DNA from: Octopus sinensis
Lineage: Eukaryota
Direction: 5' to 3'
NCBI RefSeq assembly: GCF_006345805.1
Contig: NW_021836165.1
Coordinates: 1 to 64,000 of the forward strand
Length of the DNA: 64,000 bases
The position numbers and the translations under genes were made by a program. A model generated the notes under the pieces. That model saw nothing but the letters and a program-made list of their open reading frames with translations, was not told the origin of the DNA and ran no database searches. This document shows, piece by piece, positions 1 to 13,461 of the stretch. Each line of letters opens with the position of its first letter. Position 1 is the first letter of the stretch.

Positions 1-94
1 CATCGAAGAGATTGGCTTTAACTCAAAGAGAAGGATAATCGAGTGAGAGGACGCATTAATTAGTTCAATTGATAAATAATTAGTTTTAACTCTA

Positions 95-450
95 GCAAAT
101 GGACCTGGGAATCATAAAAATTTTAAAACATTTTCAATAAGCACAAACTTGCATATTTAACGGATTTATAAGAACATCAAGAAATATCCGTTTATAATTC
201 ATATAAAAAGCTCACATTAAACGATGTTGTGATATTTGTTAAAGTGGCATGGGAAGATGTATTGCAACATATTATTTTAAATTGTTTTGGAATTCTAAAT
301 AATGATAACGTGAAAAATAAATCAGAAGATAGTATACCAATAGAAAGGACAGATATTTTTAATCCGTTTGATATTGAAGAATTTTTTGCATATGAATATG
401 CAGAAAATGATACAATAGAAGAGATGGAAAATTGCGGAAACATTGAATAA
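95..450 (+). mobile_element. pogo/Tigger-type DDE_1 transposase, C-terminal remnant
   Basis: Frameshifted translation gives QMDLGIIKNFKTF (Tigger QP[LM]DxGII motif) followed by VKVAWEDVLQHIILNCF (AWxxVxxxTIxNCF motif; ORF 229-450). Confidence 0.65.
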
Positions 451-714
451 ATCGTTCAGTGTGTTCTATATTTTATGAGTTTTAATACAGTGGCAACAAA
501 AATTGGAGTCGTTATTTTAATTTTTTGATTATTTTTATAATTCAAATTTCTATTATTTATTTTGTGTTTGCAAGCACATCGATAGGAATGAGACTGGCTT
601 GCCTACCCGTATCAGTGTGCAAATAGAGGATGTATTGACCAGAAGTAGAACATTATTTAATTAATTTTTAACTTCTTGACATTAAGTAATGAAAGAACTG
701 TTCGCTAATTTAAA

Positions 715-895
715 CTAGTCGCCGAGCGGATGGACAGGCAATTCCCACGCAATATCGAGAACGATATCCGTTGAAAAAACCAGCTTATTTCACTACCGTC
801 ATGACTCCTTCCAGAGATGGCTGAATCAATTTCCCACTGATCTCGAAAGTCAGGGGAATGAAGCAGCAGGTATCGGTCAACGAGGCCTATTTTGT
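715..895 (-). mobile_element. CRE-clade non-LTR retrotransposon, 3' end
   Basis: Minus strand reads FIPLTFEISG...SWFFQRISFSILRGNCLSIRSA, the conserved C-terminus of CRE proteins. Closely similar to the 3' end near 41120. Confidence 0.7.
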
Positions 896-1189
896 ATTTT
901 GCAGTTTTCCTAAATTCGGCAAATTTTGCACGTATCTATAACTTCTTCGGATATTGTAATATAGTCAAATCGATTTGATCATACAAGTGGTATTTTTGAT
1001 CATTCGAATTTGCATCAATATCTTTGAAAAAATAGCTAATACCATCAAATAAAACAGAACAGCAAAAGGTCCTGTGTACAACGTTAGACCAATAATTCTG
1101 TTTACAACAATAGAACGATAATTCTACTAACTTCATTAACCAAACACTATCCCTCATCGCATTACACTGAATAAAAAATAAAGTTAACC

Positions 1190-1380
1190 AAAGAGTTTTC
1201 AGACCAAAGAGTTTTAGAACAGGCAGGTCTACTGCTGATGTAATGTGAGTGCTCAGACAGTATTGTACTCTTTGTCAAAATACATAAAATCTATCTCAAT
1301 ACTAAGCATTAATATGTCCCGAGCTTTTGATTTGATTCACCAGGAGAAGCTTATGGTATTTCTGAAAAGTTTTCTTCACC
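1190..1380 (+). mobile_element. RTE-like reverse transcriptase fragment
   Basis: GRSTADV...ISILSINMSRAFDLIHQEKL matches the RT GRST and D-x-S-x-AFD motifs. Confidence 0.65.
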
Positions 1381-3594
1381 ATGATAACAGTGAAAAAATA
1401 ATCCTGCTTAATCAGAAAATTCATCTTTCTGTCCAAATTGGCAAATTTGCCTCCTACTTTTTTGGACTTCACGTGAAGTTTCACATGAGGATTCACTGTC
1501 CGCGGTCCTCTTCTTTGTTTAACTTTAAGCAGCGTACAAGGAAAGTTCAGAGCTCTTGCTGGCAAAAATTAAGAAAAGATGATTTATGCGGGCGAGCTGG
1601 ACTTTGTTTCTTAAAATATTCAAACACTACACTACATTCGCAAGAAAATCCAATAGGCATTATCAATATTTTTTGCTATTTAGATAATTGACCTGACCGA
1701 TTGGGACAGTGACAATAGATAAAATAAAAATCATTCTTGGTTTTTAATTTTATTAAAAAATGTTGGGATTCAAAATTTTCCCCAATTTCTTAGAATGTCG
1801 TAATTTATTTAAATTTGTCCTATTTTTCATCCATTGGTAATTTATTGTTAAAGCCAAAAAAACTGGTTAAAGTAATTATTGTTAGTAAATTTATTTAAGC
1901 AATTAGTTTTTCAATTGAATCGACATCCTTTAGAAGCATTCTCTTTTTCTTATAAATTACATATTAATAAACTAATACATTATATCTTCTAACAAATTTT
2001 ATTCCTACACAAATAATAGATAGTGCTATTAATGAAACTCCGAGAGAAATTAATGAAATTTGAATTATATAACGATTTTTATCATACTAAAATATATTCT
2101 AAACAAATAAAATACAACCCAGGTGTGGAATCTGTTCTTGAAAGATGAATTTTTATTTTCAGATTTCACTTTTTTATTAGATATATTTAACAAATTTTTC
2201 ATTATAGCAAATAAAAATGTAGCTTTCTCAAACAATATATCCTTTAGAGATTCTTGGTATTTATCCACTTGTTTATCCTTTTTTAATTTAACTTCGGTCG
2301 TTTCTTTTAAATAGGTCAATGAATGAGGAAAATACCAGTTGAAATTGACTTATTAATGTTGCCTGGTGTTTGATAAATATCTGGAGATGTTGTACGTACA
2401 AGAAAAAACAGATTTGATAAAATCTAGGTGTTAGATAAAGTTAAATACCAAAAAAATCATTACACTAAAAATTATTCAAGACTGTTCTATATGTTATTTC
2501 TTTTTAGAATTCTAGGTTATATTATTAAAAAATTTCACATAATTATTAAAAAATTAAAATATAATAATTTTATTAATAATTCTCAATTACAATATAAATT
2601 TAAAATTTTAATATAATTACAGTGAAAACAAAAATTTGATTTGCTATTTATCTGGGCTGATGATAGGGCGTATTATAAGATACATTGACATAGAGATTTC
2701 GGAAGATTAAGTCGATAAAAGGAGATTCACTTTAGATAGGACTTATAAAAAAAGATATTTCTGTCATAAAAGAAACTAAAAGATAGTTTCAGGTTTAGGG
2801 ATATATTCATTTTTGTAAGTCGTATTGAACATGTCGGGATATTCAATGTACGCTATCTTCCGATAATTAGCAAAATTATGTCACTTTGCAAAAATCAAAA
2901 TCCTAAAACATAAAACAAGTGAATGAATGAATGAATTTTTTATTAAAACGGAAAAGCCGAAAAAAGAGAGAGAAAGTTAATGAGACATAAAATAAGTCAG
3001 TTACTCGTTTAAATGGAATATAATTATTTGTTGTTTTTTTCCGGGCATATGTTTTCTAACAAGGATTTTCATAATTGTTCAATTTAAAATCAGCCTATCG
3101 TTCGAAAAAATGGCGAAAATGATATTCGGATATATCTTTCATCAGAGAATTTAGAAATATAAAGATTAGCTGTGCTAACAAAATAATTTTTTAAATTGAT
3201 TACGCAAAAAATTATTTTGATGTTCAGGGGTATGCAAAACAAAAATGTTTGAAAACCAGTGTCACTTTGCAGGCCACTTCCAACATTAATGACTAGGACA
3301 TTTAATGACTTGTTTAATTTTCCTGCCTCCACTCTATACTGGACAATTCTGTCGGTCCCAAAAGGTTTGACTGAAATGTATTTAATTAATTATAAATTGA
3401 ATACGAAACATGTTTCTTCCAGTACAGAGCACGGTTGAATACGATTCGTTAAAAAAATCAATACTCAATATACCGATTCAAAAAGTTAACTAACAAAATG
3501 GAAAACTTTACTAATGACAGAACCTTAAATTTTTTAAAAATGAAGTTTTATATTGAAACAAAGCTTTCTATAAATTAGTCAAATTATTTACAAC

Positions 3595-4984
3595 CAGGGT
3601 TTTTAAAAATCATAATTTTTATTAAGAAAATCAAAAAATCTGATTTGTTTGATTTAAACAGAATTTTTTAAATTTAAATCAGATTTTTATAAAATAAATG
3701 TTTTTTATTCAAAATAAAACAAATAATAGAAATCGTATTTATCTATTTAAATGCTTGTAATAAAGACTAATTTCGCGGCCTTTTCAATTCCAAGCCTATT
3801 TCGTACATTCGAATGTAAGAATCCACAAGTCGAAAAAATTCATTCTATTCAACCTTTCCAAAAATTTTTTCAAAAAGTGTAATTGTTTCAGTAGGTAACT
3901 GACAAAAGTTCAACTCCCACCAAAATATAGGTGATACATTAAATTTAGAACGAACATTTATTGCTTTAATGATTCAGTTCTTGCTCTAAAATTAATCAGA
4001 GTTTGGAAAGCATATTCATAATGTTCAGCACAATACTCAAAAGCGAGGTGAATCTCTATATTTGAAAGAGATTTCTCACAACATGATAGGTCCATTATAT
4101 TCGCAAGTAAGTGGAAAGATGTTAATCAGCTCGAGTTTTCACTTTTTCTAAGATAGTAGCACATTCATACTCCATATAAGTCTGTTCAAGTTCCTTCCAA
4201 ATTTCTACAGCATGGCAAATCTTTGTAGAATCATTTTTTATTTTGTTTAAAGCAACAGCAATTGGCTTAATCAGCCCAAATATTCTTCAACACGACGTTG
4301 TAGGCAAATATTTTGAACTCGAAAAAATATCTGTATCAATGTCAGATCTGTGTTCTTCACAAATTCTCAAAATTGTAGACCAATTATCCAGATAAGATTC
4401 AAAACAATCTGATTAAGTGTTCTAACAAATATCAATCGGAAGAACAAGTTTTTTTCCTCCAGAAGATTTGTACCATGCAACTGGAAAATGGACATTTCAA
4501 AAGTATTTATTTAATTTTACGATGGTTTCTTTAACGTCAGCTACTTCTACATTTTTTGCAAGGTTTAGACAATGTTCCATAATTTCACTGTTATCTTGCA
4601 TTATTATCCGCCTCATTTTAGCCATGTTGGCAGCATTGCCCGTCACAAGACTGCCAATTTTACATCCAAATATTGCTCGGCAGTCCTCGATCGAGCAATG
4701 GACCACCAATTTGATGACGAGAAGGTAAAAGATAGCCAGGAAGAAACATTTAGACAAATTGAACAAATTCAAGATGTTCTACAGCAGCAAAACGAGTGTT
4801 AGTAAAATACTACTCGACTGCCAGTCTTTCCATAAATAATATGTTTATCAAAGTGAACTCACAAGGAATCACGCCTTCAACCAGACATTTAATCAATTTA
4901 GATAATTTTAATTTGTTTGATTTTTTAATGATTTAAATCATTGATTTTTTGTTGATTAAAATCAAATTCTTTAAATCAACTCTT
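3595..4984 (-). mobile_element. hAT DNA transposon, internally deleted, with degenerate TIRs
   Basis: Left end CAGGGTTTTTAAAAATC; right end TTTAAATCAACTCTT; subterminal ATTTAAATCA repeats at both ends. Minus strand encodes FGCKIGSLVTGNAANMAKMRR...EHCLNLAK (catalytic D region and CxxH region) plus a degenerate C-terminal dimerisation region. No intact 8-bp TSD. Confidence 0.75.
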
Positions 4985-4999
4985 TCATAATATTCATTG

Positions 5000-5855
5000 C
5001 GGGTAATTTCAATGCCAAAGTAGGCAATCAAAAACAATTAGAACAATTCATGGGAAGAAATGGATTCGGTATAGGAAACTTATCTGGATGCTTCCTCACG
5101 AATTTCTGTCCCTTATATGACTTATTTATATTATGCAAACAAAGAAAAAACTGATTTTGTGTAAGTAACAAGATCAAATGACAAAATCGATGAAAGATGG
5201 CGCCATGTACAAAAACTTGACTCTCTTCTGAGAGACAGTGAGAATATTGTAAGGAGAAAAATGCTGACATCTGCATTAATGCACAAACTCTGGAATGAAT
5301 GGCTATCATGTATCAGCGAATGTTCAACTCCGGACAAGGCTTTACAATGCCTTTTTGAAACCCGTGTTAATTTATAGCTCCTCCACTTGGGGTTACACAG
5401 ATACGGAACTGACACGTCTTGACAGTTTCCACAGAGGACAATTGAAAAAATTCTTCAAAATGCAGTGGCCCTATCGAATATCCCGGGAGTCGTTATACAG
5501 AAAGTGTTCTACAAGGCCACTTTGCATTAACATTTCTGAATCCCGCTGAAAGCTATTTGGACACATACTGCGAATGGACCACTCCGCACTTGCAAATACG
5601 GTGATGGAGGATTACTTCCAATGCGACAAACCACGTTTCCGTGGACGCCTACGCACTACGTTACCTGTCGTTCTGAAACCGGACCTCGCACAAATCAAAT
5701 CCTGGCTCAAGACCGGTGATGACTTGGACAGGCTGCGGCCCACAGTCCTTAACCGAGGAAAATGGAGGAGACTCGTTACTAATATTGTTTTGGGTGTTGC
5801 ACATGTGGGACTATAATTAATATGGCCCTACAATAAGTGGGTTAATAATAATGGT
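5000..5855 (+). mobile_element. RTE-clade LINE with RT core deleted
   Basis: Endonuclease motif GNFNAKVG (~5005-5030) is joined directly to the post-RT region RTRLYNAFLKPVLIYSSSTWG...RGRLRTTLP...KWRRLV*; short (TAA)n tail near 5846-5855. Confidence 0.8.
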
Positions 5856-6619
5856 TTTCCGAACTTTAACGCCGAAAGAGAAAGCATTAGTGTTAACCCT
5901 TCATCCATTTATGTTGATGCGTCAAGCATTATCATTAGTCATCAAGAATTAGCATTTCTCTATGGAGTGGCCAATTTAAGTGAGCGTATTCTCCTAAAGA
6001 TTATGATCACCTGGTGTCTGGTGTTAGTGTATCAAGCATGATATACGCGATTTTGCATACAGAAAAGGCACGTCATCTTGGAGCCTAACTATGTACGGTT
6101 TCAAAAGTGAACAAGTCATAGATGTGAAAGGTTGATCCAAGTACAAAAGAGTTTTTTTTATAAAAAAAATTGGTGCTGTGCTATATGTTGATATTAGACG
6201 CTCTAGAAAGTTACGACTCATAGGGTGCAATTTGTAGTAGAGAACGCCAGAGTATGCGTTAAAGTGAATATTACCATTTACACCTCGGTTGTTGTCTAGC
6301 ACAATAAGCCAGACATTGTGGTACAAGATAAGATCTCTGTTGAGATACTTATCATTTATGCACAGATTCAAAATCAATGTCATTTCTTGCGTACTATTTC
6401 CAAACTTGTCATGCAGACGGTAGTCGGATTAATTTAGTTAACTTTTAATTATCTGTTTTTCGTTAAATAAGCATATTCTTTTAATAACGAATTTGACTTT
6501 TGTTCGGAAATCTTGTATTGGTATTGTCTAGTTTTGTTGAAACATCCAAATTTTTTAAAAATTAATTTAATGTTATCAAATATCAGATGACAGAAAAAAG
6601 GAGTAAATTATATGGCAGC

Positions 6620-7205
6620 GGTGAAGAGCAGTGTGCGTTGCCACAAACGATAGCCAGCGGATGCGCTGGAAGAACCAGTAACACTCTCCCGGATCCTTAA
6701 GCCTCCTCACAATTGACAACCCGACCTTGTTAAGAAACAAATGAGTGTCCCTTCCCGCGGTTCCAGGGCAATTAGTACAGCACGGTAGCGGTCCGCCAGG
6801 GCTGAATACTTTCCAATTTTATCTTTTTGGCGTGGTTTGCAGCCGAACGAGGGTTCGCAGTGGAAAAAACGATTCTCGACTTTGAAAACGTATCAACACA
6901 GTTACATCCCACAACAGCTCTCCCTGACGAGTAAGGGAATATTGTTATCCCCGTCAGGCTTTTTGCCGTCCCACTATCGAGTACGACCAGTTCGAGGAGG
7001 CAGAAATGAAAACCGGCCTTTAAGATTATGTTGAGGGTTTTGTGTCTGTGTGCCCTGCCTGCACTTATCTTGCAGGACAGTGGGTGCAGTCCCTTTTCGT
7101 AAACAGTCTTATCGCATCTGCAGCGGTGTTCAGCACAGACGTCCAAGCCGAGTCAGAGAGCGACTTCGATCATCATGGCAGCATCATCTAGCAACGTCCC
7201 AATAC
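6620..7205 (-). mobile_element. CRE-clade non-LTR retrotransposon, 3' fragment (zinc finger + RLE endonuclease)
   Basis: CRCDKTVYEKGLHPLSCKISAGRAHRHKTLN...FPYSSGRAVV..CVDTF (ORF 6772-7146). Confidence 0.8.
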
Positions 7206-7439
7206 TGGAACATCCAAATTGAATATAAAAAAATATGATAAATTTTATGGTGAAATTTGTAGATAATATTGATGTCGAGAGATTAAATATAATTCATCCA
7301 TTAGGACGGAATGACAATATTTCCATTTTAACAAGGTAAGTCACTCGTGTGGAATACAACGTGAACGGAAATTTGGTTGTTTTTGAACATTATCTTGTCA
7401 GTAAAATTCTTGGGGTATGCTAGCGTAATTGGATATTAA

Positions 7440-7868
7440 ATTCTAATATGACTTTTAATGGATTCAAAAATCATATTTAATCGATCTATCTACTTCTTCT
7501 CAATGGCTCTCAAAGGGGAACAATGGTCCACGGTGCGAAGCATTGTACTGTCTTTTGAAAGATAAGAATTTGCTTTTTGCATACTTGGATCACTGCGTCT
7601 TTGAAAACAATCAAACAGACTTTTGAGACCATCTAACAACGCGGTGTAAAACTATTTTAAAGCAAGTTGAATTATGAAATTTCATAAATACGACCTGCTT
7701 GGAAACGAACCATCGATCTTCTATGAAGAAAAAGTACAGATTATTTTAATTGTCTTGACATGGGATGGAGTTGCCTTAAAATTCTTTAAAAGTCACATGG
7801 ATAAGTTATCCATTGAAGAAGCAACTAGTACATACATTCAGTCGCTTGTGCTGAAAAGGACGTTCTAG
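7440..7868 (+). mobile_element. R4/Dong-like (RLE-type) non-LTR retrotransposon, 3' fragment
   Basis: SSQWLSKGNNGPRCEALYCLL...DHLTTRCKTIL (zinc-finger region), then KYDLLGNE...IVLTWDGVA...YIQSLVLKRTF*. Homologous to the copy at 37190-37560. Confidence 0.75.
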
Positions 7869-7870
7869 AG

Positions 7871-8000
7871 CAGTGATTCTTAACTTGCGGAGCTAGCATG
7901 TCGCGAGGAGACTCAGATGAACAATTATTTTGATGTAGAAATGGAAAATTAAGGGAAGTTTATGGCAAACTCTTTTTCCAAACAAAGAAGAGAATCACTG
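7871..8000. mobile_element. hAT (Charlie-like) MITE, 130 bp
   Basis: 10-bp TIRs CAGTGATTCT (7871) and AGAATCACTG (7991-8000). Left flank TTCTAGAG fits the Charlie target preference, but the right flank does not duplicate it. Confidence 0.55.
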
Positions 8001-8014
8001 ACTATCTGGATTCT

Positions 8015-8420
8015 TAATTATTATTAAAAAACGTTCACAGAACCATCGAATATAAATTAACTAAGGTCCCGTTTGTGCCACACGTTTCAAGATTATATTC
8101 ACCAAGTCCTACCACTTTTAATTTATAATACTGTCATTCTGTAATCAAACCTCCACACTCTGTGAATTCTCCTAACAAAACAACTGTGGATAGCAAAGGT
8201 AACTCCGAAGTGATTGCATTTGGAGTTTAGAAATAGAAGTTGCATCGTTCACATTTGTCTCCTGAAGAGTGGAAATAGTGACCTTATATGATGTTAAGTC
8301 GATTCCTCCCTTTTTTCTTTAAGCCTCGAACGTTAAATTACACCAAAGTGAACAGATTATTCGAAACGTGTGAAAAAGACATGACTTTAGAATCACGTTA
8401 CCGTTTGACCAAGAAATAAT
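8015..8420 (-). mobile_element. bipartite RTE mini-element (5' end fused to 3' end), copy 1
   Basis: 5' part encodes the endonuclease start FNVRGLK...LQET; 3' part encodes KW*DLVNIILKRVAQTGP* followed by a (TAA)n tail. Shares CTAAGGTCCCGTTTGTGCC with 12955-12973. Confidence 0.7.
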
Positions 8421-8499
8421 TCTTAATTAAATAATTTAAAATAGAATTTACATAATTAAGTCATAATAAAATTTATCTATTTAGTTCATGAAATTTTAA

Positions 8500-9800
8500 A
8501 TTAAAAAAAATAAAAAGAAATAAATTATTAATATCTAAAATTGGTGTTTTGCAAGTTTTGGAAGGAACTTCGTACTTAAAAATATCAATCTAGTGATTTT
8601 TGAAATGTTAGTTTTACTTATATTGTTTTCAGCTACAACTATGCACATAAGTAAGTTTAATAATTAGGTTTGTTAGATTTGATGATTTGGGAAAATAAAA
8701 CAATTACTAATGACCCAAATTGCTTTAATTTAACAGGTAAAATTTCAAATAAAATATTATTTTTAGAAGTATACGAAGAAGTATATGCCAATCGTTATAA
8801 ATTTGCAACAAGATTTTGTGGATATACAGAATATCACATTTACTACACGTGGTTTGGAATTTTTCAAATATAATATAGAATTTCCACACGCAAATTTTTA
8901 TATTAAAGAAAATGGAAACAAGCAGGCTTGCTTTCAGAGAAAAGATTATGGATATTCACTTGAGAGTTTTATATTAATGGTTGATATTTTGAATTTATAA
9001 TTTAAAGATGAAAATGAACTTGATTATGGATATACGTATCCCAACAAAACAGTCGATCTAGAAGATGTTAATGATTTTTCGTTCACTTATTGGCTATTCC
9101 CAAATAAAGATGCTATTTCTTTCGGTATTTTATATAAGATTAAATTTAGATTTTCCTTACGTTCTTAAAGAATTCGAGATAATTTACTATCAAAACAATT
9201 TTTTCAATTTCTACTTAAAAACAAAAATAAATGAATTTAGTTTTGGCTCGTATTTGTACTAATATCGACAACTACACACTCGTTGTGAAAATATCGAAAC
9301 AGTTTCATATTTGTAATATGATTTTTAGATACTGTTTCTATTCAATCATGGAATTCAAAATTAGACAAACTATTTGTAACTTTAGAATTTAAACTAAAAA
9401 ACATGGTCTTACGGACACTATTATATAAATAAATCAATTAAAAGAAGTGGAAAATATCTTCCGGAGAACGAAGATAATAAAGGCCTTTTATACAGAATCG
9501 AGTCAGATTGGATAGAATGGAAACAAAATATTAGTTCCCTAGAAAGAACGGAACCATCTTGGATAATAGTACCAAAGATAAAAGAAAAAATAAAAAAAAA
9601 TTCTTTTGATTGATAATATTTTAGATTTGTATATATCTTTAGTAATATCAACTTTTGCAGCAATTGTTATCGTTATTTTCATAAATAGTAATCCAATATT
9701 TAATGTAATAGTTTTAATATACTGGATCAAAAAAAGAAAAGAAAAACAAATGTATGAGAAAATAAATAAAACCTTATCTAGATTTTCAATTAATTATTAA
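8500..9800 (+). CDS. putative lineage-specific membrane protein (fragmented ORFs; extent uncertain)
   Basis: Run of same-strand ORF pieces (8670, 8785, 9065, 9606) ending in a hydrophobic stretch followed by a basic motif (AAIVIVIFI...IVLIYWIKKRKEK). No family recognised. Confidence 0.3.
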
Positions 9801-10344
9801 CTATATATAATAAAATTCTGTTTTTAGTTTTGTTTTTAGGGTCTAATTTTTGCAAAACTTTTATTTTTTGTATTTTTTAAATTCTTAAAATGTAAAAAAT
9901 CTTTACAATTGATTTAGTTTAATTGAAATTTAAACTAAAAATAGCATAAAATTATAAAACTTCTTTTTTTTAATTACTTTATTTTTAATCCGAATTTGGC
10001 TCAATAAGCATGTCATTTTGAAAAGTGAATATAAATTAAACATTAGATTAAAAGAAGGCTGTTCCGTATCTTTTTTATTTGTAATATGGTTATCTTTAAA
10101 TTCATTAATATAAAAATGTTTGTGTTCAAACTAACGGTATAGTCCGTCGTGCCCTACGCTGGTGACTAGGGTCGTTACCAACATTCATGACTTTCAAAAT
10201 TTGATACTGATAAAATTTTGTAAATGCACAACTTTAACCACAAGTGACAACTACAGTAAAGTCTTTCATACCCGCCACCCTTTGATAACCGCTACAAAAA
10301 AATATTTTTTTTTAATGAAACAAGTATTTAATTACAAGTTAATT

Positions 10345-10760
10345 AATTAAAGGCTAGATGGGCGGGAAGCCGACGCGATCGAGAAAGAATTAGAGCGTAC
10401 TATCGCAAGGGATCCGCTCGAAAAACCATCTCGATTCGCGGGCGTCGCCTGTGATGGCAGACATGCGGGACCCGATCTCTTGAACGAAGCTGATTGCCTT
10501 ACTGCCAAGGAACCGGAAGTCTCAACCGCGAATGGAAGGAATTGGAACTTCTCCGTAAGTGAGGAGAACTTCCGCATCTTTTTGCATTCCGCGGTTGTGA
10601 CAATAGATCCAGGAGCGGAGGCGGACATCAGCAGGTTCTGAGGCGAGAAAGAGTCCACACACGTGGCATCCCAGGTGAGAGGCTTCCCCCTGTTGAAAGG
10701 AAACACGGTTATCCCGTCAGGCCTTTTTCCGTCCCCCCGATCGATCCCAGAGGGTTCAAA
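10345..10760 (-). mobile_element. CRE-clade non-LTR retrotransposon, 3' fragment
   Basis: (RPDG)..FPFNRGKPLTWDATCVDSFSP...FLPFAVETSG...IVRSNSFSI (ORF 10347-10706). Confidence 0.85.
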
Positions 10761-11849
10761 GAACTATCTTTTGATCCAAAAATAATTTATATCCTGAGGA
10801 GCTCTTTTTATTTTTATGTTACGCACGTGCTGAAATTTTATGATTTCTTGGTTCGGAGTTCTGCTGAGAAAATTCTTAATTACATTTCGATAATATTTCC
10901 TAATGTAGTCTAAACTTCCTATGAGTCACGGAAATCTGGGCCTTCGTTCCAGAGCCCTTTAAGTAATTAAATTATAATAAAATATCATACAAATACTAAA
11001 ATATCATCCTTTTGAATAAGATCTGAATTAGAAATAAAACAGCTCATTTGCCAGAATTAACGAATGATTGACGAATTAATTAAAATATTATACCAGACTA
11101 AAACTGTCATTGATTAGCTTTTTACTTGTAATTTAATAGTAAGAATTAAATGGCCGCATGGCCATTTGGATAGTAATCCATAAACTAAAAACTTGATATG
11201 ACACTAAAAAGCATCTAAAAAGCACATTAAAAGCGACCTTCAGTGGTTGCGGGGCATAAAAAAGAAAAGCCTTAATTTTCATACCAAAAAATTAAATTGG
11301 CATGGAAAGTTTGCAAAAACAATGAATTATATTTTTATTTTACCAACTTCAAATCAATAATATTTAGCTTGAAATTTTTGACCGTTCGAGCTTTTGAATT
11401 TCAGTTCAGTGGGAACGTAAAAAATCTTACAAATCTCTTATCTTTAGTTTTGAAAAAGAGAAGGCTTACGAAAACAATACTTTTCTGACAAAAACAGGAG
11501 TTTCACTGAAGGGAAAAACTGGAAAAATAAATTTAAATACAATGAATGCACTTCGAGGCTAGCTTAACTCACAGAAGGGAAAAACTGCTTCTTACTCTAA
11601 AGGTTCTCTTTCCTTAACGTTAACAAACAGGCCAGTTACATCCATTCTCTACATTGGCTGTTTTACGCGGGAATTGTCTCTCAATCCTGCGAGTTGTTAC
11701 TTAATAACCGTTTTCCATTTATTATAAATGTTTAAATATTTATAATCGGTATGAAATAAACTCTCTCAAATTTGCCATTTTTGGTTCCTGTCAAAGTTGC
11801 GACGAATTTAAGAATATAAAATTTCAGAAGTTAATCAATAATTTTAAAA

Positions 11850-12860
11850 TATTTATTTAAAACTTCTCTTCAGGTGTAAACAATTTCAGGTGTAAACAAC
11901 CAATTTGATTTTATTTTTTTCTTCTTTTTGTTCTTAAAAGTTTTTTAATCTCCTAATTGCTGTAATAATGACAACATGATTTTCGCTTTTAATGTTCTCA
12001 AAAAGATCCTTTTAAATTTCACTTAAATTAGATGCTATTTTATTCTTGTTGAAGGTTCCCACTTCAATAGCTTCTTCATTGATGAATAGTATCTCACATT
12101 CATTCAATAATGATGTTATCGCTCCAGCATCTATCTCATTTTTTCAAAATAATTTATCAAAATAAATTCTCCGTTTCAATATTATCGTAAATATCTATCT
12201 TGAACAATTTTTCTTACAAACCGTGTGAATATATCCGCTTTTTTAAAGTTTAAAACAATTTTCGATCGTTATAAAGAATCAATCTTCCTAAGCCATTTTT
12301 ATAAACATAACGGTGTCTCTAAAGTTCAAATGTTTATATGATTCAAATACCGACATTTTCTTTTTTTCAATTATCCACTAAGAAACTCCAATTTTTGTCT
12401 ATTCAAATTGATTTCTAACTTTTAAATAATTCCCAATTTATGATTTCCAGACATATTTGCGTATAACATCACAGATATTTTATCTTTGAAGTTTTGTGTA
12501 TCCTCCGAACGTAGTCCTACAGATACTTCTAGATTAAATAAGCTTGTAGAATATTACAGTTTGATGTATCTGATCCCTGTTATATGACATTAAAAGTTCT
12601 TTAAATTCTTCGAACAGCACTTCAATGTCAACACTTTTGTCAATAGACATGATTACATATAATTTCTTCATCCGAAATCCATGCTTTTTCTTAAATTTAG
12701 ACAAAAATTTATAAGAGTTTTGAAATATTGAAAAAAGCTGCTTAACAAATACTTCTGCTTTACCTGATATTAATACACCTAAAAATTTAAAAACACTCAG
12801 ATATACCTTTTGACTGTAACCTTTATACCGCAACATTTGCACTTTTATCGACCACCAGAA
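11850..12860 (-). CDS. putative intron-containing host gene, weakly AAA+-like
   Basis: 28-nt GT-AG micro-intron (about 12779-12806) before GVLISGKAEV; later ILFINEE...NHVVIITA resembles a degenerate Walker B plus following strand. No canonical Walker A found. Confidence 0.25.
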
Positions 12861-12907
12861 TCACAACGAAGCATGCTAGTAAAATTACACAGAACCGAGT
12901 TTTACTG

Positions 12908-13322
12908 TTTATTATTAATAGCACGTACACAGAACCGAAGAAATGTTAAATTAGCTAAGGTCCCGTTTGTGCCGCACGTTCAAAAATCTTGTTCATCACG
13001 CGTCTCCATCGGGGTCTGTAGGTCTTCAAGGTCGTCAGCACATCTAAGTTTTTTTCCAATTCCGAGTATAGCAAAGCCAAGTCCGTAGTGGTTACATTCG
13101 GAGTTTAGCAGTATGACTCTATACTCTCCGTAGCTCTCCTCAGCTGCATCCCTTAATTTAGTTTCCTTGTATGATGTTAAATTATGTGTCAAATCCTCCC
13201 TTTTCAGCTCTTCTTTTAGACCTCGGACATTGAATGACGTCAAAATAAGCTCATTATTCAAAACGTGCGAAAAAGACATTTGTTTTAAGAACCACGTCAA
13301 CAGTTCAACCAAAAACACTTAA
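12908..13322 (-). mobile_element. bipartite RTE mini-element (5' end fused to 3' end), copy 2
   Basis: TSFNVRGLKEELKREDL...GLGFAI joined to KKLRCADDLEDL..RWRRVMNKIFERAAQTGP* and a (TAA)n tail. Confidence 0.75.
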
Positions 13323-13461
13323 CAACCTCTATAATGAACTTACCCCACTTATTATTTATTAAAAAACATAAATTAAAAAAAGTTTCTATTGTTTTAATTT
13401 TCAAATTAAAAAAGTTTCTATCTGTTTTAAAAATGTATGAAAAGTATCTCCGATAGGGAAC

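Noticed and set aside
5900-6400. RasGEF REM-domain or papain-like gene on the minus strand (ORF 6024-6383)
   Set aside because: Only vague resemblance; no diagnostic motif could be confirmed.
7300-7850. Minus-strand hAT transposase next to the TIR at 7871
   Set aside because: The plus strand gives clear R4-like zinc-finger/RLE motifs conserved in the paralogue at 37190-37560; the minus-strand resemblance was superficial.
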